Shown in pieces: positions 7,243-16,825 of a stretch of 29,326 nucleotides of DNA (position 1 is its first letter; each line of letters starts with the position of its first letter). Source of the DNA: an uncultured Thermoplasmata archaeon (GTDB lineage: Archaea; Thermoplasmatota; Thermoplasmata; Halarchaeoplasmatales; Halarchaeoplasmataceae); NCBI GenBank assembly GCA_964399335.1, contig CAYNQI010000004.1:23592-52917 (forward strand). Direction: 5' to 3'. A program made the translations under genes and the position numbers. The notes under the pieces were generated by a model. The model was given only the letters and a program-made list of their open reading frames with translations, was not told where the DNA came from and ran no database searches.

Positions 7243-8874
7243 ATGGAAAAAACAAAAATCACTATTGGTAAACTATTGGAGGAAAAAGCAAAGGAATATC
7301 CCGATAAAGAAGCGATCATATTTGATGATCAGAGGATTACCTATAAAGAATTGAACGAAAAAGCTGAAAAATTAGCCCATTTTCTCTTGAAAAAGGGAAT
7401 AGGTAGAGGAGATAAAGTATCGATATGGCTTCCCAATCTACCAGAGTGGGTAATAGCATGGTTTGCAGTCCCTAAAATCGGTGCTGTGGTAGTACCAACG
7501 GATCCTTGGTACAAGAGTGGTGAGATACAGTACATGTTCGATGATTCGGATACTAGAGCTGTGATTACTACAGATACACACGGTAAGTACAATTTCTTAG
7601 ATATACTAGAAGAAGTAAAGCCTGACCTTCCTAAATTAGACCAAATAATATTGTTGGAGGGGGAAAGTGGCAAGATACCTACTGTAAATTTCGATGATGC
7701 TTTAGAAGAAGGTAAAGGTTGGGAAGAAAATGAAGATTATTTAGAAAGAAAAGAAAACACAGATTACGACGACATAACTTTCATTTTATACACGTCTGGA
7801 ACAACTGGCAAACCTAAAGGTGTACAACTCACTCACTACCAGATCGTTAAAAATGCCCATGATCAAGGAGAGATATTGCACACTTCTGAAGATGATAAAC
7901 TAGTAATTCCCGTTCCATTCAGTCACTGTTTTGGAAACGTTATGAGCATCACCTTGATGGTAGTATTCGGAGGTACGATGATACCTTTAGTGGATTTCGA
8001 TCCATATAAAGCATTGGATTTGGTTGAAGAGGAAGAAGCGACTATGATCCATGGTGTACCAACAATGTTCATACGAGAACTTGAAGTTGCAAAAGAAGAA
8101 AATTATAATACAGATAGTCTAAGAACAGGTATTATGGCTGGTTCTAGTTGTCCAGTCGAGACTATGAGATCGGTCATCAATGATTTAGGTTGTAACGTAT
8201 CTATCACATATGGGTTAACTGAAGCTTCACCGGGCGTAACGATGACTCGATTTGATGACTCTATCGAAGATCGAGTTGAAACAGTTGGAAGAGTCATGCC
8301 AGATCAAGAAATTAAGATAGTAGATGATTCAGGGCAAGAAGTAGAACCAGGTGAAACCGGAGAATTAGTAGTTAAAGGTTACAATGTGATGGAGGGATAT
8401 TATAACAAACCAGAGGCGACTGAAGAGACTATCGAAGATGGATGGTTACACAGTGGTGACTTAGCTGAGATGGACGAACGAGGTTACGTAAAGATAGTAG
8501 GAAGGAAGAAGGACATGGTCATCGTTGGTGGATTGAACGTTTATCCACGTGAAATCGAGGAATATCTTATCGAACATCCAGAGATCAAAGAAGTCGCAGT
8601 AGTAGGTGTACCCGATGAAGAATTAGGTGAAGTTGTAGCTGCTGCAGTAGTACCGACTAAAGATTCAGACTTGACACCACAAGATGTTGTAGATTCTTTA
8701 TACGGAAGAGTAGCAAGTGCAAAAGTCCCAAGATACGTAGTAGTAGGAATGGATTTACCAGTTTCTGGAAGAGGAAAAGTACAAAAGTTTAAATTGAGAG
8801 ACACATTGACTGAAATGGTAGAAGAAGGAAGATTAGAAAAAATTGTACCCTCAAAAGTAAAAAGGAAGGACTAA
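7243..8874 (+). CDS. AMP-forming acyl-CoA synthetase (long/medium-chain fatty acid or aryl CoA ligase family)
   Basis: ILYTSGTTGKPKGV, PFSHCFG, TYGLTE, GWLHSGDL, GRKKDMVIVGGLNVYPREIEE, GKVQKFKL; substrate not assignable. Confidence 0.92.
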   Translation: MEKTKITIGKLLEEKAKEYPDKEAIIFDDQRITYKELNEKAEKLAHFLLKKGIGRGDKVSIWLPNLPEWVIAWFAVPKIGAVVVPTDPWYKSGEIQYMFDDSDTRAVITTDTHGKYNFLDILEEVKPDLPKLDQIILLEGESGKIPTVNFDDALEEGKGWEENEDYLERKENTDYDDITFILYTSGTTGKPKGVQLTHYQIVKNAHDQGEILHTSEDDKLVIPVPFSHCFGNVMSITLMVVFGGTMIPLVDFDPYKALDLVEEEEATMIHGVPTMFIRELEVAKEENYNTDSLRTGIMAGSSCPVETMRSVINDLGCNVSITYGLTEASPGVTMTRFDDSIEDRVETVGRVMPDQEIKIVDDSGQEVEPGETGELVVKGYNVMEGYYNKPEATEETIEDGWLHSGDLAEMDERGYVKIVGRKKDMVIVGGLNVYPREIEEYLIEHPEIKEVAVVGVPDEELGEVVAAAVVPTKDSDLTPQDVVDSLYGRVASAKVPRYVVVGMDLPVSGRGKVQKFKLRDTLTEMVEEGRLEKIVPSKVKRKD

Positions 8875-8889
8875 AACCCCTTCTATCAA

Positions 8890-8901
8890 TTTTTTATTTT
8901 T
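8890..8901 (+). terminator. Oligo-T archaeal terminator candidate after the acyl-CoA ligase
   Basis: TTTTTTATTTTT about 15 nt after the stop codon. Confidence 0.45.
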
Positions 8902-8940
8902 GGGTAAAATATTTAATAGATGGCTGCAAATTGATTCTCA

Positions 8941-10197
8941 ATGAAATGTCCACACTGCGGTAGGGAAACTGAAGGGGAGTTCTGCCCCACTTGCGGATAT
9001 AAATTTGAATCTAAATTAGGGAATAACTCTAAGGGTTACAAAGATGGTTTAAGAAAGGTTATAAACATTTTCTCAGTATTTGCATTGTTTTTATTTTTAG
9101 GATACCTAATATTGAACACATCTATACTAATATGGAGCCTTGAATGGGTTCCCCAATATATGACGGAAGCAGATACCATTATATATGTAGTTTTATTGAT
9201 ACCAGTCGGCATCACTGAAATTACTGGAACTGCATTCGTTTTATATTTCTTTATCCTTACATTTTTTGTTCTACTTTCATATATTATAATATTCTATTTC
9301 GGTATTGAGGATTTTTTAGGTTACATTAAAAAAACAGTGGTTTCGAAAGGCGAGAAAAGCGAAAAAATCGATAGCCCTATACCTAGACTAGCCTATATTT
9401 TCATGGCCCTTTTGTTTTTTAGCTACGCGTATTATATTTTCTTGGAAGGATTAGGGGTCTCACCTGAGGTCCCAGGTATTGAACAATTCCCCCTTTGGCA
9501 GATAATATATATGATGACTAGAGCTGCGGTATGGGAAGAATTAATGGTCAGAACCGTTTTCATGGGTATACCTATGTTTTTTTACATTTATAAAAAGAAA
9601 AACAAATTGGATTGGAAATATCTTTATGGTGGGTTCGGTCTAAAAGAGCGATTCGTTATAATTCCAATTTTATTATCGTCTACAGTTTTCGCCGTAGCTC
9701 ATCTTGGAGGATGGGACTATTATAAACTTCCTCCAACCTTCGTAGCAGGACTTGCATTTGGATATCTTTATGCTAAAGACGGACTTCATTCAGCCATTTT
9801 ACTTCATTTTATCTGGGATTTTCTATCAATACCTATGAGGATCTTTGATGTCCCGAATATCGATATCTATTTGGGGCTTCTAATACTATTATGGATGGTC
9901 GCTGGAGCCTATTATGCATACTATTATGGTAAACGTGGTATAATATGGCTAAGTAAGAAGAAGAAAACAGATAGATCTAAGGTTTCAAAAACGGAAAGGA
10001 AGAAGAGCTCTATAGTGGTACCAGGACTGGGGTCTATCTACGTGTGTTCTCAATGCGGAAACAATAAAGCTATCTACACTGATGAAGGTAAGCTTGAATG
10101 TAAAAGATGCGGTAATAAGAGTGAAACTAAGATAGATACAAGCAATCGAAAAGTAAAAAAATTAGAAAACAAAAGAGATTGGCCACCCATAGATTGA
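8941..10197 (+). CDS. CPBP (Abi/CAAX type II) intramembrane metalloprotease with N- and C-terminal zinc ribbons
   Basis: Multiple TM helices; EELMVR, FAVAH and HFIWD motifs; CPHCG...CPTCG at the N-terminus and CSQCG...CKRCG near the C-terminus. Confidence 0.85.
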   Translation: MKCPHCGRETEGEFCPTCGYKFESKLGNNSKGYKDGLRKVINIFSVFALFLFLGYLILNTSILIWSLEWVPQYMTEADTIIYVVLLIPVGITEITGTAFVLYFFILTFFVLLSYIIIFYFGIEDFLGYIKKTVVSKGEKSEKIDSPIPRLAYIFMALLFFSYAYYIFLEGLGVSPEVPGIEQFPLWQIIYMMTRAAVWEELMVRTVFMGIPMFFYIYKKKNKLDWKYLYGGFGLKERFVIIPILLSSTVFAVAHLGGWDYYKLPPTFVAGLAFGYLYAKDGLHSAILLHFIWDFLSIPMRIFDVPNIDIYLGLLILLWMVAGAYYAYYYGKRGIIWLSKKKKTDRSKVSKTERKKSSIVVPGLGSIYVCSQCGNNKAIYTDEGKLECKRCGNKSETKIDTSNRKVKKLENKRDWPPID

Positions 10198-10206
10198 TTA
10201 GACTTT

Positions 10207-10221
10207 CAAAACCTTTATATT
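10207..10221 (+). promoter_or_regulatory. BRE/TATA of the 2-oxoacid:ferredoxin oxidoreductase operon
   Basis: CAAAACC followed by TTTATATT, about 30 nt upstream of ATG 10251. Confidence 0.6.
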
Positions 10222-10250
10222 ATAGTGATATTTCGCCTCAAGTAGGTATC

Positions 10251-10472
10251 ATGGCGAAAAGTATTAAAATAGATAGAGATTTGTGTACTGGGTGTGGTAT
10301 CTGTATCCATTTTTGCCCAAAAGATGTCCTTGGAGAATCTGATGAACTAAACCAATACGGTAATTATTATGCAAAAGTGGTAGATATCGATGAATGTATT
10401 GAATGTCTAAGATGTGAACTGTTTTGTCCAGATTTTGCGATTTTTGTTGAGACGGAGGAGGGAAAGAGATGA
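10251..10472 (+). CDS. korD: 2x[4Fe-4S] ferredoxin-like delta subunit of 2-oxoacid:ferredoxin oxidoreductase
   Basis: CTGCGICIHFCP and CIECLRCELFCP. True start is most likely ATG 10251 after TAGGT; the track's TTG 10179 lies upstream of the promoter. Confidence 0.88.
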   Translation: MAKSIKIDRDLCTGCGICIHFCPKDVLGESDELNQYGNYYAKVVDIDECIECLRCELFCPDFAIFVETEEGKR

Positions 10473-11593
10473 AAGGACCTGGAACTTATTTTATGGAAGG
10501 TAACGAAGCATGTGCTGAAGGTGCGATGAAAGCTGGATTAGGATTATATGCAGGATACCCCATCACACCGGCATCAGAAGTTATGAATCACTTAGCTAAA
10601 GAGCTGCCAAAAACAGGAGGAAGGTTCATCCAAATGGAAGACGAAATCGCAAGTATGGCCGTGATAACCGGTGGGTCATGGAGCGGGTTGAAAAGTATGA
10701 CTGCAACGAGTGGACCTGGATTTTCCTTGATGCAGGAGAACTTAGGTTACGCGGTTATGACAGAAACTCCGTGTGTTATTGTTAACGTACAAAGAGCTGG
10801 ACCTTCCACAGGACAAGCTACGAAACCGGGTACAGGTGACGTGATGCAGGCCAGATTTGGTAGTCATGGAGATTATGAAATCATCGCTTTAAGTCCAAAC
10901 TCGGTCCAGGAAATGTTTGATTTTACAATTAGGGCATTCAATCTTGCTGAAAGGTACCGAACGCCCGTTGTGATTTTAGCTGATGCCGGCGTAGGGCATA
11001 TGAGAGAAAAATTCACTATACCTAAGGACATCGATATAGTTGAAAGAAGAAAACCAAAAGAAGGTGATACTGAATTTTTTGATACAGATGAAAAGGATCA
11101 TGTACCTCCTATGCCGTCATTTGGAGAGGGTTATGAACTGATGGTTACTGGTTCTACACATTTAGGCGATGGAACTAGAGATACAGCTAATTATAAAGCT
11201 CAAGATAATTTGGTCAGACGTTTGAGTGACAAGATAAACGACAATAGAGATGAAATTGAAGATTGGGAAGAAATAAATTGTCAGGACTCTGATTTAGTCG
11301 TCGTTTCCTATGGTTCGATGTCAAGACCCGTTAAAGGAGCGGTTAAGAAAGCCAGGGAGAAGGGTCACAAAGTCGGTTTCTTTAGACCTAGAGTGATGTG
11401 GCCAAGTCCTGAAAAAAGGATGAAGGAGATCGGGAAAAATTCAAATGTATTATTAGTTGAGCTTTCTTTGAGAGGTTATAGGATGGAAGTTGAAAGATGT
11501 GTCGGTGTAGACAATCTGCATATATATGATAGATTGAATTCGCTACCTAGTATAAATCAAGTTTATGATAAAATAATGGATGTGATTGAATGA
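10469..11593 (+). CDS. korA: 2-oxoacid:ferredoxin oxidoreductase alpha subunit (KorA-like)
   Basis: FMEGNEACAEG, AGYPITPASE, QMEDEIAS, TATSGPGFSLMQE, VQRAGPSTG; ATGA overlap with delta; substrate specificity unverified. Confidence 0.9.
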   Translation: MKGPGTYFMEGNEACAEGAMKAGLGLYAGYPITPASEVMNHLAKELPKTGGRFIQMEDEIASMAVITGGSWSGLKSMTATSGPGFSLMQENLGYAVMTETPCVIVNVQRAGPSTGQATKPGTGDVMQARFGSHGDYEIIALSPNSVQEMFDFTIRAFNLAERYRTPVVILADAGVGHMREKFTIPKDIDIVERRKPKEGDTEFFDTDEKDHVPPMPSFGEGYELMVTGSTHLGDGTRDTANYKAQDNLVRRLSDKINDNRDEIEDWEEINCQDSDLVVVSYGSMSRPVKGAVKKAREKGHKVGFFRPRVMWPSPEKRMKEIGKNSNVLLVELSLRGYRMEVERCVGVDNLHIYDRLNSLPSINQVYDKIMDVIE

Positions 11594-12387
11594 TCCATGC
11601 TAAAGATATTAGAGAAAATTATATTAGAAATTATCCTTCAGCATTTTGCCCCGGTTGTGGTGACGGGATGGTTTTGAATGCTATGTCTAGAGCAGTTAAA
11701 AAAAGGAATATAGATAAGAAAAAAGTGGTTGCAGTTAGTGGAATTGGATGTGCTGCTTGGATACCTTCTCCATACTGGAAAGTAGATACATTGCATACTA
11801 CTCACGGAAGGGCAATCCCTCATGCTACAGGTTTGAAAGTGGGCAACAAAGATCTCGAAGTGATGGTGGTTTCGGGCGATGGTGATTGTGCAGGTATAGG
11901 AGGTAACCATCTTCTTCACGCAGCCCGGAATAATATAGACTTAAATGTTTTGATGGTCAATAATGGACTTTACGCTATGACTGGTGGACAGGTTGCACCT
12001 ACAACCGAACACGGTGAAAAAACGTTAACAACGCCTTATGGAAATCCATCACAGGGCATCGATATCTGTAATGTAGTTAAGCATGCTGGAGCTAGTCATG
12101 TTTCTAGATGGACAACTTACCATATGGATGATCTAATTAAAGAAATTGAGAAGGCAATAGATACAAGAGGTCTTTCCTTCATAGAAGTTCTAAGTCAGTG
12201 TCCAACTAGGACAGGGAAAAAAGAAGGGTTGTCTGGAGTAGAAATGCTAGAATGGTATAAAGATAATACAACAAGAGATAAAGAAGGTGAAGGAATCTAT
12301 GTGGGAGAGCTGCAATACACAGAAAGACCTGAACTTACAGAAGAGATATATAAACAAATTTTAGAAAAAGGGGGTGAACCTCTATGA
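11590..12387 (+). CDS. korB: 2-oxoacid:ferredoxin oxidoreductase beta subunit (KorB-like)
   Basis: FCPGCG, SGIGC, TTHGRAIP, SGDGD TPP-binding motif, YAMTGGQ, SQCPT. Confidence 0.92.
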   Translation: MIHAKDIRENYIRNYPSAFCPGCGDGMVLNAMSRAVKKRNIDKKKVVAVSGIGCAAWIPSPYWKVDTLHTTHGRAIPHATGLKVGNKDLEVMVVSGDGDCAGIGGNHLLHAARNNIDLNVLMVNNGLYAMTGGQVAPTTEHGEKTLTTPYGNPSQGIDICNVVKHAGASHVSRWTTYHMDDLIKEIEKAIDTRGLSFIEVLSQCPTRTGKKEGLSGVEMLEWYKDNTTRDKEGEGIYVGELQYTERPELTEEIYKQILEKGGEPL

Positions 12388-12926
12388 TAAGCATAAGGAT
12401 AGGTGGATGGGCAGGTCAAGGTACCGTATTAGCAGGAACTATACTAGGCAAATCACTTGCCCTAGAGCAGGGATATGAAGTTGTTCAAAAAAGATCTTAT
12501 TCTGCAGCGGTTCGTAGCGGGATTGCTTATTCTGATATTATTGCCGATAAAATAGATGTAAACGAATTGATCATCGAAGTACCTAATTATTTGGTCCTAC
12601 TCTATCAAAAGACATTAGATGCCTGGAGGGAAAAAGTCCAGGGATGTGAAAACTTGATTGTTGACTCCACTAGGGTCCATGAAATTGATAAGGAGATAGG
12701 TAAAATTTACAAAGTACCAGCCGGTAGAATAGCTGAAGACCTTGGAAGTTCAAAAGCAGCTAACATCGTTCTTCTAGGGGCGTTAGCTAGAATTTCAAAG
12801 GAGATTGACTTGGATTCTTTGATAAAAACCATAGAATCAGATTTCCCCAAGAAATATAAAAAGATGAACGTTGATGCAGTCAAAAAAGGTTATGAATTTA
12901 TTGGAGAAGAATATACAAAAGATTAA
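12384..12926 (+). CDS. korC: 2-oxoacid:ferredoxin oxidoreductase gamma subunit (KorC-like)
   Basis: IRIGGWAGQGTVLAG, SYSAAVRSG, ANIVLLGAL, NVDAVKKGYE; ATGA overlap. Confidence 0.88.
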   Translation: MISIRIGGWAGQGTVLAGTILGKSLALEQGYEVVQKRSYSAAVRSGIAYSDIIADKIDVNELIIEVPNYLVLLYQKTLDAWREKVQGCENLIVDSTRVHEIDKEIGKIYKVPAGRIAEDLGSSKAANIVLLGALARISKEIDLDSLIKTIESDFPKKYKKMNVDAVKKGYEFIGEEYTKD

Positions 12927-12937
12927 GAAAAACATTC

Positions 12938-12951
12938 GAAAACCTTATTAT
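12938..12951 (+). promoter_or_regulatory. BRE/TATA candidate for the coiled-coil gene
   Basis: GAAAACC followed by TTATTAT about 30 nt upstream of ATG 12981; GGTGAG SD-like motif also present. Confidence 0.45.
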
Positions 12952-12980
12952 GACATTCAAACTAGGTGAGTTGAGAATAG

Positions 12981-13871
12981 ATGGTAGATGAAACACAACA
13001 TGACGACGAGGAAGAGGTAGAAACTAAAGATATTAGAAATGCCGAAGAAAAATACAATCGTTTAGTTCAAAAAAGAAATGAATTAAATGAGGAAGCAAAA
13101 TTTTACCGTAATGAAAGAGATAATATCCACGAAGAACGAAAGGAGGTACAAGAGGAACTGCAGAAAAACAAAGCCATGAGGGACAAACTCGTCAAAAAAG
13201 CAAAAGAACACAAGAAAAAAAGAAATGAGTATCAGAAAAAAGCCAAGGAACTAGTACAATTTAAAAGGGAAAAAAAAGATAAAATAGTTAATAATCTACC
13301 ACAAAGGGTTGAAGAATTAGAAGCTGAAATTAAATCTATGGAGCTGAAACAAGAAACCACACCTTTATCCCTGGAAGATGAAAAAGAGCTCATCGATAAA
13401 ATAAGGGATAAACGAAAGGAATTAGGGGAAAAGAAAGAACTTCTCGGTGAACAGGAACAGCTAATAGGTGAGATAGAAGGACTTGACGAAAAAATTGATG
13501 AACTTTTTGAAAAGGCTGATAAAAAACATCAACAAGTGGTAGAGTATTCTGAAGAATCCCAGAAATATCATGAACAAGTCGACGAGCTATATGATGAAAT
13601 GCAGAAATATATGGACGAAGCCGATGAGATGCATGAAGAATTCATCAGCATAAAGAAAAGGGCCGATCATTATCACGAAAGAGCCATGGAAATGAAAAGC
13701 GAAGTGATCAGTCTTAAAAAGAAAAGACGTAAAAACTATCGACAAAAACAGAAAAAACTCATGGAACAAAATCTACAAGTCAAAAAAGAACTAGAGGATG
13801 AAGAAAAATTAAAAGAAAAGGAGAATAAAACCCTTGAACAGCTCATAAAAGAAGGAAAAATTGAGATGTGA
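12981..13871 (+). CDS. Archaeal coiled-coil protein (COG1340-like)
   Basis: Continuous E/K/L heptad pattern with central ELKQETTPLSLEDEKELIDKI and ending GKIEM, as I recall for this family. Confidence 0.75.
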   Translation: MVDETQHDDEEEVETKDIRNAEEKYNRLVQKRNELNEEAKFYRNERDNIHEERKEVQEELQKNKAMRDKLVKKAKEHKKKRNEYQKKAKELVQFKREKKDKIVNNLPQRVEELEAEIKSMELKQETTPLSLEDEKELIDKIRDKRKELGEKKELLGEQEQLIGEIEGLDEKIDELFEKADKKHQQVVEYSEESQKYHEQVDELYDEMQKYMDEADEMHEEFISIKKRADHYHERAMEMKSEVISLKKKRRKNYRQKQKKLMEQNLQVKKELEDEEKLKEKENKTLEQLIKEGKIEM

Positions 13872-13878
13872 ATAAATC

Positions 13879-14832
13879 ATGGTGAATGTACTTATAACCG
13901 GGGGTTGTGGATTCGTTGGAACTAATCTTATAGATTATTTGTTGCTAAACACTGATTGGAAGATCAATGTTTTAGATAATCTATCAGCTGGAAAGCTCGA
14001 ATATTTAACTTGTATTGACAACTATGACAAAGATAGGATTGATTTTTACAAAGGGGATATAAGAAATGAAAAAGATATAAGCTTATCTCTAGAAGGTTGT
14101 GATCATGTTATTCATCTAGCAGCCCAAACTGATGTGATTTCATCTATAGATTCACCTTTAGAAGATGCTGAAATAAATATTATAGGAACTATCAAACTAC
14201 TTCAAGCTGCTGTAAAGAAAGAAGTTAAAAGATTGACGCTTGCTTCTTCGGCTGCACCACTTGGCGAACAGGATATGCCAATACACGAGGAAAAAGTACC
14301 CGAACCGATGTCGCCATATGGCGCTAGTAAACTTTCATGTGAGGGGTACTGCAGTGCTTTCGCTGAGTCTTATGGATTAAAAACAGTGGCATTGAGATTT
14401 TCAAATGTTTATGGACCATATTCCTGGCATAAAGGAAGTGTGATCGCTAAATTCATAAAACAGATCATCGACGGCGAAAAACCCGTAATATATGGAGATG
14501 GAGACCAAACGAGAGATTTTATTCATACCAAAGACATATCGCAAGCCTTGCATATGTCTACGATAAAAGATCTGCCTAGAGATTATGAACTTTTCCAGGT
14601 TGCGACTGGGGAGGAGACGAGCGTAAATGAACTATATGAATACATAAGCAGAAAAATGGATAAGATGGGGTACGATATTTCTGAACCTGAATACGGGAAA
14701 GAAAGATCCGGAGAGATCTATAGAAATTATGCTGATATCACAAAGGCTAAAGATAAGTTAGGATATAACCCTAAAATAAAATTAGAAGAAGGTCTTGAAG
14801 AAACAATCGCCTGGTTTTTGGAAAATTATTAG
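13879..14832 (+). CDS. NAD-dependent epimerase/dehydratase (extended SDR, UDP-sugar epimerase-like)
   Basis: TGGCGFVG, HLAA, ASSAA, YGASK (YxxxK), LRFSNVYGP, GDGDQTRDFIH. Confidence 0.92.
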   Translation: MVNVLITGGCGFVGTNLIDYLLLNTDWKINVLDNLSAGKLEYLTCIDNYDKDRIDFYKGDIRNEKDISLSLEGCDHVIHLAAQTDVISSIDSPLEDAEINIIGTIKLLQAAVKKEVKRLTLASSAAPLGEQDMPIHEEKVPEPMSPYGASKLSCEGYCSAFAESYGLKTVALRFSNVYGPYSWHKGSVIAKFIKQIIDGEKPVIYGDGDQTRDFIHTKDISQALHMSTIKDLPRDYELFQVATGEETSVNELYEYISRKMDKMGYDISEPEYGKERSGEIYRNYADITKAKDKLGYNPKIKLEEGLEETIAWFLENY

Positions 14833-14895
14833 GACATTTTTAATCCGCATTTCTTCAAAAGTCAATTATATACGTTTTAACATCTACATAGTAAT

Positions 14896-15645
14896 ATGTC
14901 AAATGAAACAAAAGTGACTATACTTGGAACCAGTGGAGGAATACCTATGGAAGGTAGAGGTCAATCCGGAATACTTCTAGAAAGTTCAGATACTAAGATC
15001 CTTATCGATTGTGGAATGGCAGTACCTTTGAGGTTGAAAGAAGCTGGTGTTGATGCAGAAGAGATAGATCATATTTTTTTAACACATGGTCATTTAGACC
15101 ATATCCAAGACTTACCTAGTCTTACAAAGGCCTCATGGTTGAGAACAGATGAAGCTAAGTTTACTATTGTATGTCCTCCTGATTTGGTAGATAGGCTCCC
15201 AAACTTTTGGAAAAGTGTGGGTGAGTTTGAAAGGACTGAAATTGATATAAAACCAATGGTTCCCGGCAAAAGAGGTAGATTTGGAGATTTTATCATTGAG
15301 GCATTTGATACACCACACATAAAGGAAAGCCAGGGATATAAAATAAATGATGGGGATATAATCTATACAGGAGATACTGCACCGAATCCTAATTTAAAGA
15401 ATATATTAGATGATACAAATTTATTGATCCACGAACTATCCCTACCTATGGAAACTAGCTTACATACCCATCCAGATGGTCTTATCGATATGATATCTGG
15501 AGAACAGATCCAGCGATTAGTATTAACGCACTTCTATCCACAAGTGTTAGATGATATCGAAAACTTTAGGTTGATGATAGAAAAGGATACCGGTATAGAA
15601 ACTGTTATAAGTCGTGACCTAGACAAATTTTATATTGGGCATTAA
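14896..15645 (+). CDS. Metallo-beta-lactamase-fold hydrolase, RNase Z/BN-like (short form)
   Basis: LGTSGG, LIDCG, THGHLDHI (HxHxDH), YTGDT, LIHE, LTHFYP; 249 aa with no obvious exosite arm. Confidence 0.8.
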   Translation: MSNETKVTILGTSGGIPMEGRGQSGILLESSDTKILIDCGMAVPLRLKEAGVDAEEIDHIFLTHGHLDHIQDLPSLTKASWLRTDEAKFTIVCPPDLVDRLPNFWKSVGEFERTEIDIKPMVPGKRGRFGDFIIEAFDTPHIKESQGYKINDGDIIYTGDTAPNPNLKNILDDTNLLIHELSLPMETSLHTHPDGLIDMISGEQIQRLVLTHFYPQVLDDIENFRLMIEKDTGIETVISRDLDKFYIGH

Positions 15646-15661
15646 CGTCAAAGGTGACAAG

Positions 15662-16777
15662 ATGAAATTACTCGTGATACCTACTACAGATTGGACGGGA
15701 CATCCAGTTCCTAATCGTTTAAATTTCATCTTCGATAATATAGCTGAAAATAATGATGTAGATGTATGCCATTTTAAATTATTTGACAGGAAAAAAAGAA
15801 ACACAATATGTAACCTTATTTCGATGGATAAAAAAGTTGAAAAAAAAATCAGCAGTTATTACATTAAAAATGTATTTTATCATGGGTCCAAAATATCATC
15901 TCTGATCGAAGATTACGATGCAGTGATATCTGCCAATTTAATACCTGGATTCTTTGCGAATTTTAGTGAAACTCCTGTGATCTTCGATTATTTAGATTAC
16001 CTACCTGGAAGTGCTTCCATGTATTATTCAGAACCATTTGATTCATTGGCAAGGAAAACAGCTGAATGGTTGTCGTTTTATAATATCAAGAAATCTTGCG
16101 GGATCATCACACCCACTCTCTCTTTTAAAAACTATCTAAAAAATTTTACAGATCGCCCTATAAAAGTAATACCCAACGGAGTTGATATGGACATAATATC
16201 ATATAGTGATCCAAGTTTTATCGAAACAAATTATAATCTCAGTCATCCAGTCCTCGGATATGTCGGATCTTTAGAAAAGTGGGTGAACCTAGAATGGATC
16301 ATTGATAGGTTCCCCGAGATTAAGGAAAGATATTCAAATGCAAAATTGCTAATAATTGGGCCTGGACTCCATACAGATTATTCAGAGTATTTGAAAGAGA
16401 AAGTAAAAAAGATGGGGCTTACCGGATCTATTATTTTCTTAGGAAGAATATCCTACAATAACCTGGCCACATATATATCTACTATGGATATTGGCTTGAA
16501 TCCAAGAAAAGATTTCCTTATGAATAAGATGACCATGGGAAGTAAAATTCTAACTTATCTCGCATGTGGTGTGCCAGTATTGAGCTCAAACATGCCTGAG
16601 GCTGAAGAGAAATTTGGTCCCGACCAGGGCGTTTTTCAATACAGTTCTGAAGAAGAATTTTTTGGAGAAATGCATAAAGCACTTTGTAAAGAGATTGACA
16701 TTGATGTCGTTAATGAATATGATTGGAAGATCATATCTAAGAGGTATGAGAGAGCTATAAAAAAGTTCATTAGTTAG
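15662..16777 (+). CDS. Glycosyltransferase family 4 (GT-B)
   Basis: VIPNGVD, GYVGSL, LLIIGPG, FLGRI, KILTYLACGVPV. ATG 15662 follows SD AAGGTGA; the track starts at TTG 15635. Confidence 0.88.
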   Translation: MKLLVIPTTDWTGHPVPNRLNFIFDNIAENNDVDVCHFKLFDRKKRNTICNLISMDKKVEKKISSYYIKNVFYHGSKISSLIEDYDAVISANLIPGFFANFSETPVIFDYLDYLPGSASMYYSEPFDSLARKTAEWLSFYNIKKSCGIITPTLSFKNYLKNFTDRPIKVIPNGVDMDIISYSDPSFIETNYNLSHPVLGYVGSLEKWVNLEWIIDRFPEIKERYSNAKLLIIGPGLHTDYSEYLKEKVKKMGLTGSIIFLGRISYNNLATYISTMDIGLNPRKDFLMNKMTMGSKILTYLACGVPVLSSNMPEAEEKFGPDQGVFQYSSEEEFFGEMHKALCKEIDIDVVNEYDWKIISKRYERAIKKFIS

Positions 16778-16825
16778 ACGGTCTGCTAAATTTTTTTATA
16801 TAATGTAATTATAGTTGGTACACAA

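Noticed and set aside
8872-8901. Similarity between sequences after the ligase stop (TAAAACCCCTT...TTTTTTATTTTT) and the cdc48 stop (TAAAAACCCTTT...TTTTTTATTATTT) as a dispersed repeat
   Set aside because: Short and low-complexity; adequately explained as ordinary oligo-T terminators
10179-10250. N-terminal extension of the ferredoxin subunit from TTG 10179
   Set aside because: Overlaps the CPBP gene and contains the BRE/TATA; ATG 10251 gives a normal-sized delta subunit
12981-13871. SMC/Rad50 or phosphoserine phosphatase label for the coiled-coil protein
   Set aside because: No Walker motifs and no HAD DxD motif; coiled coil only
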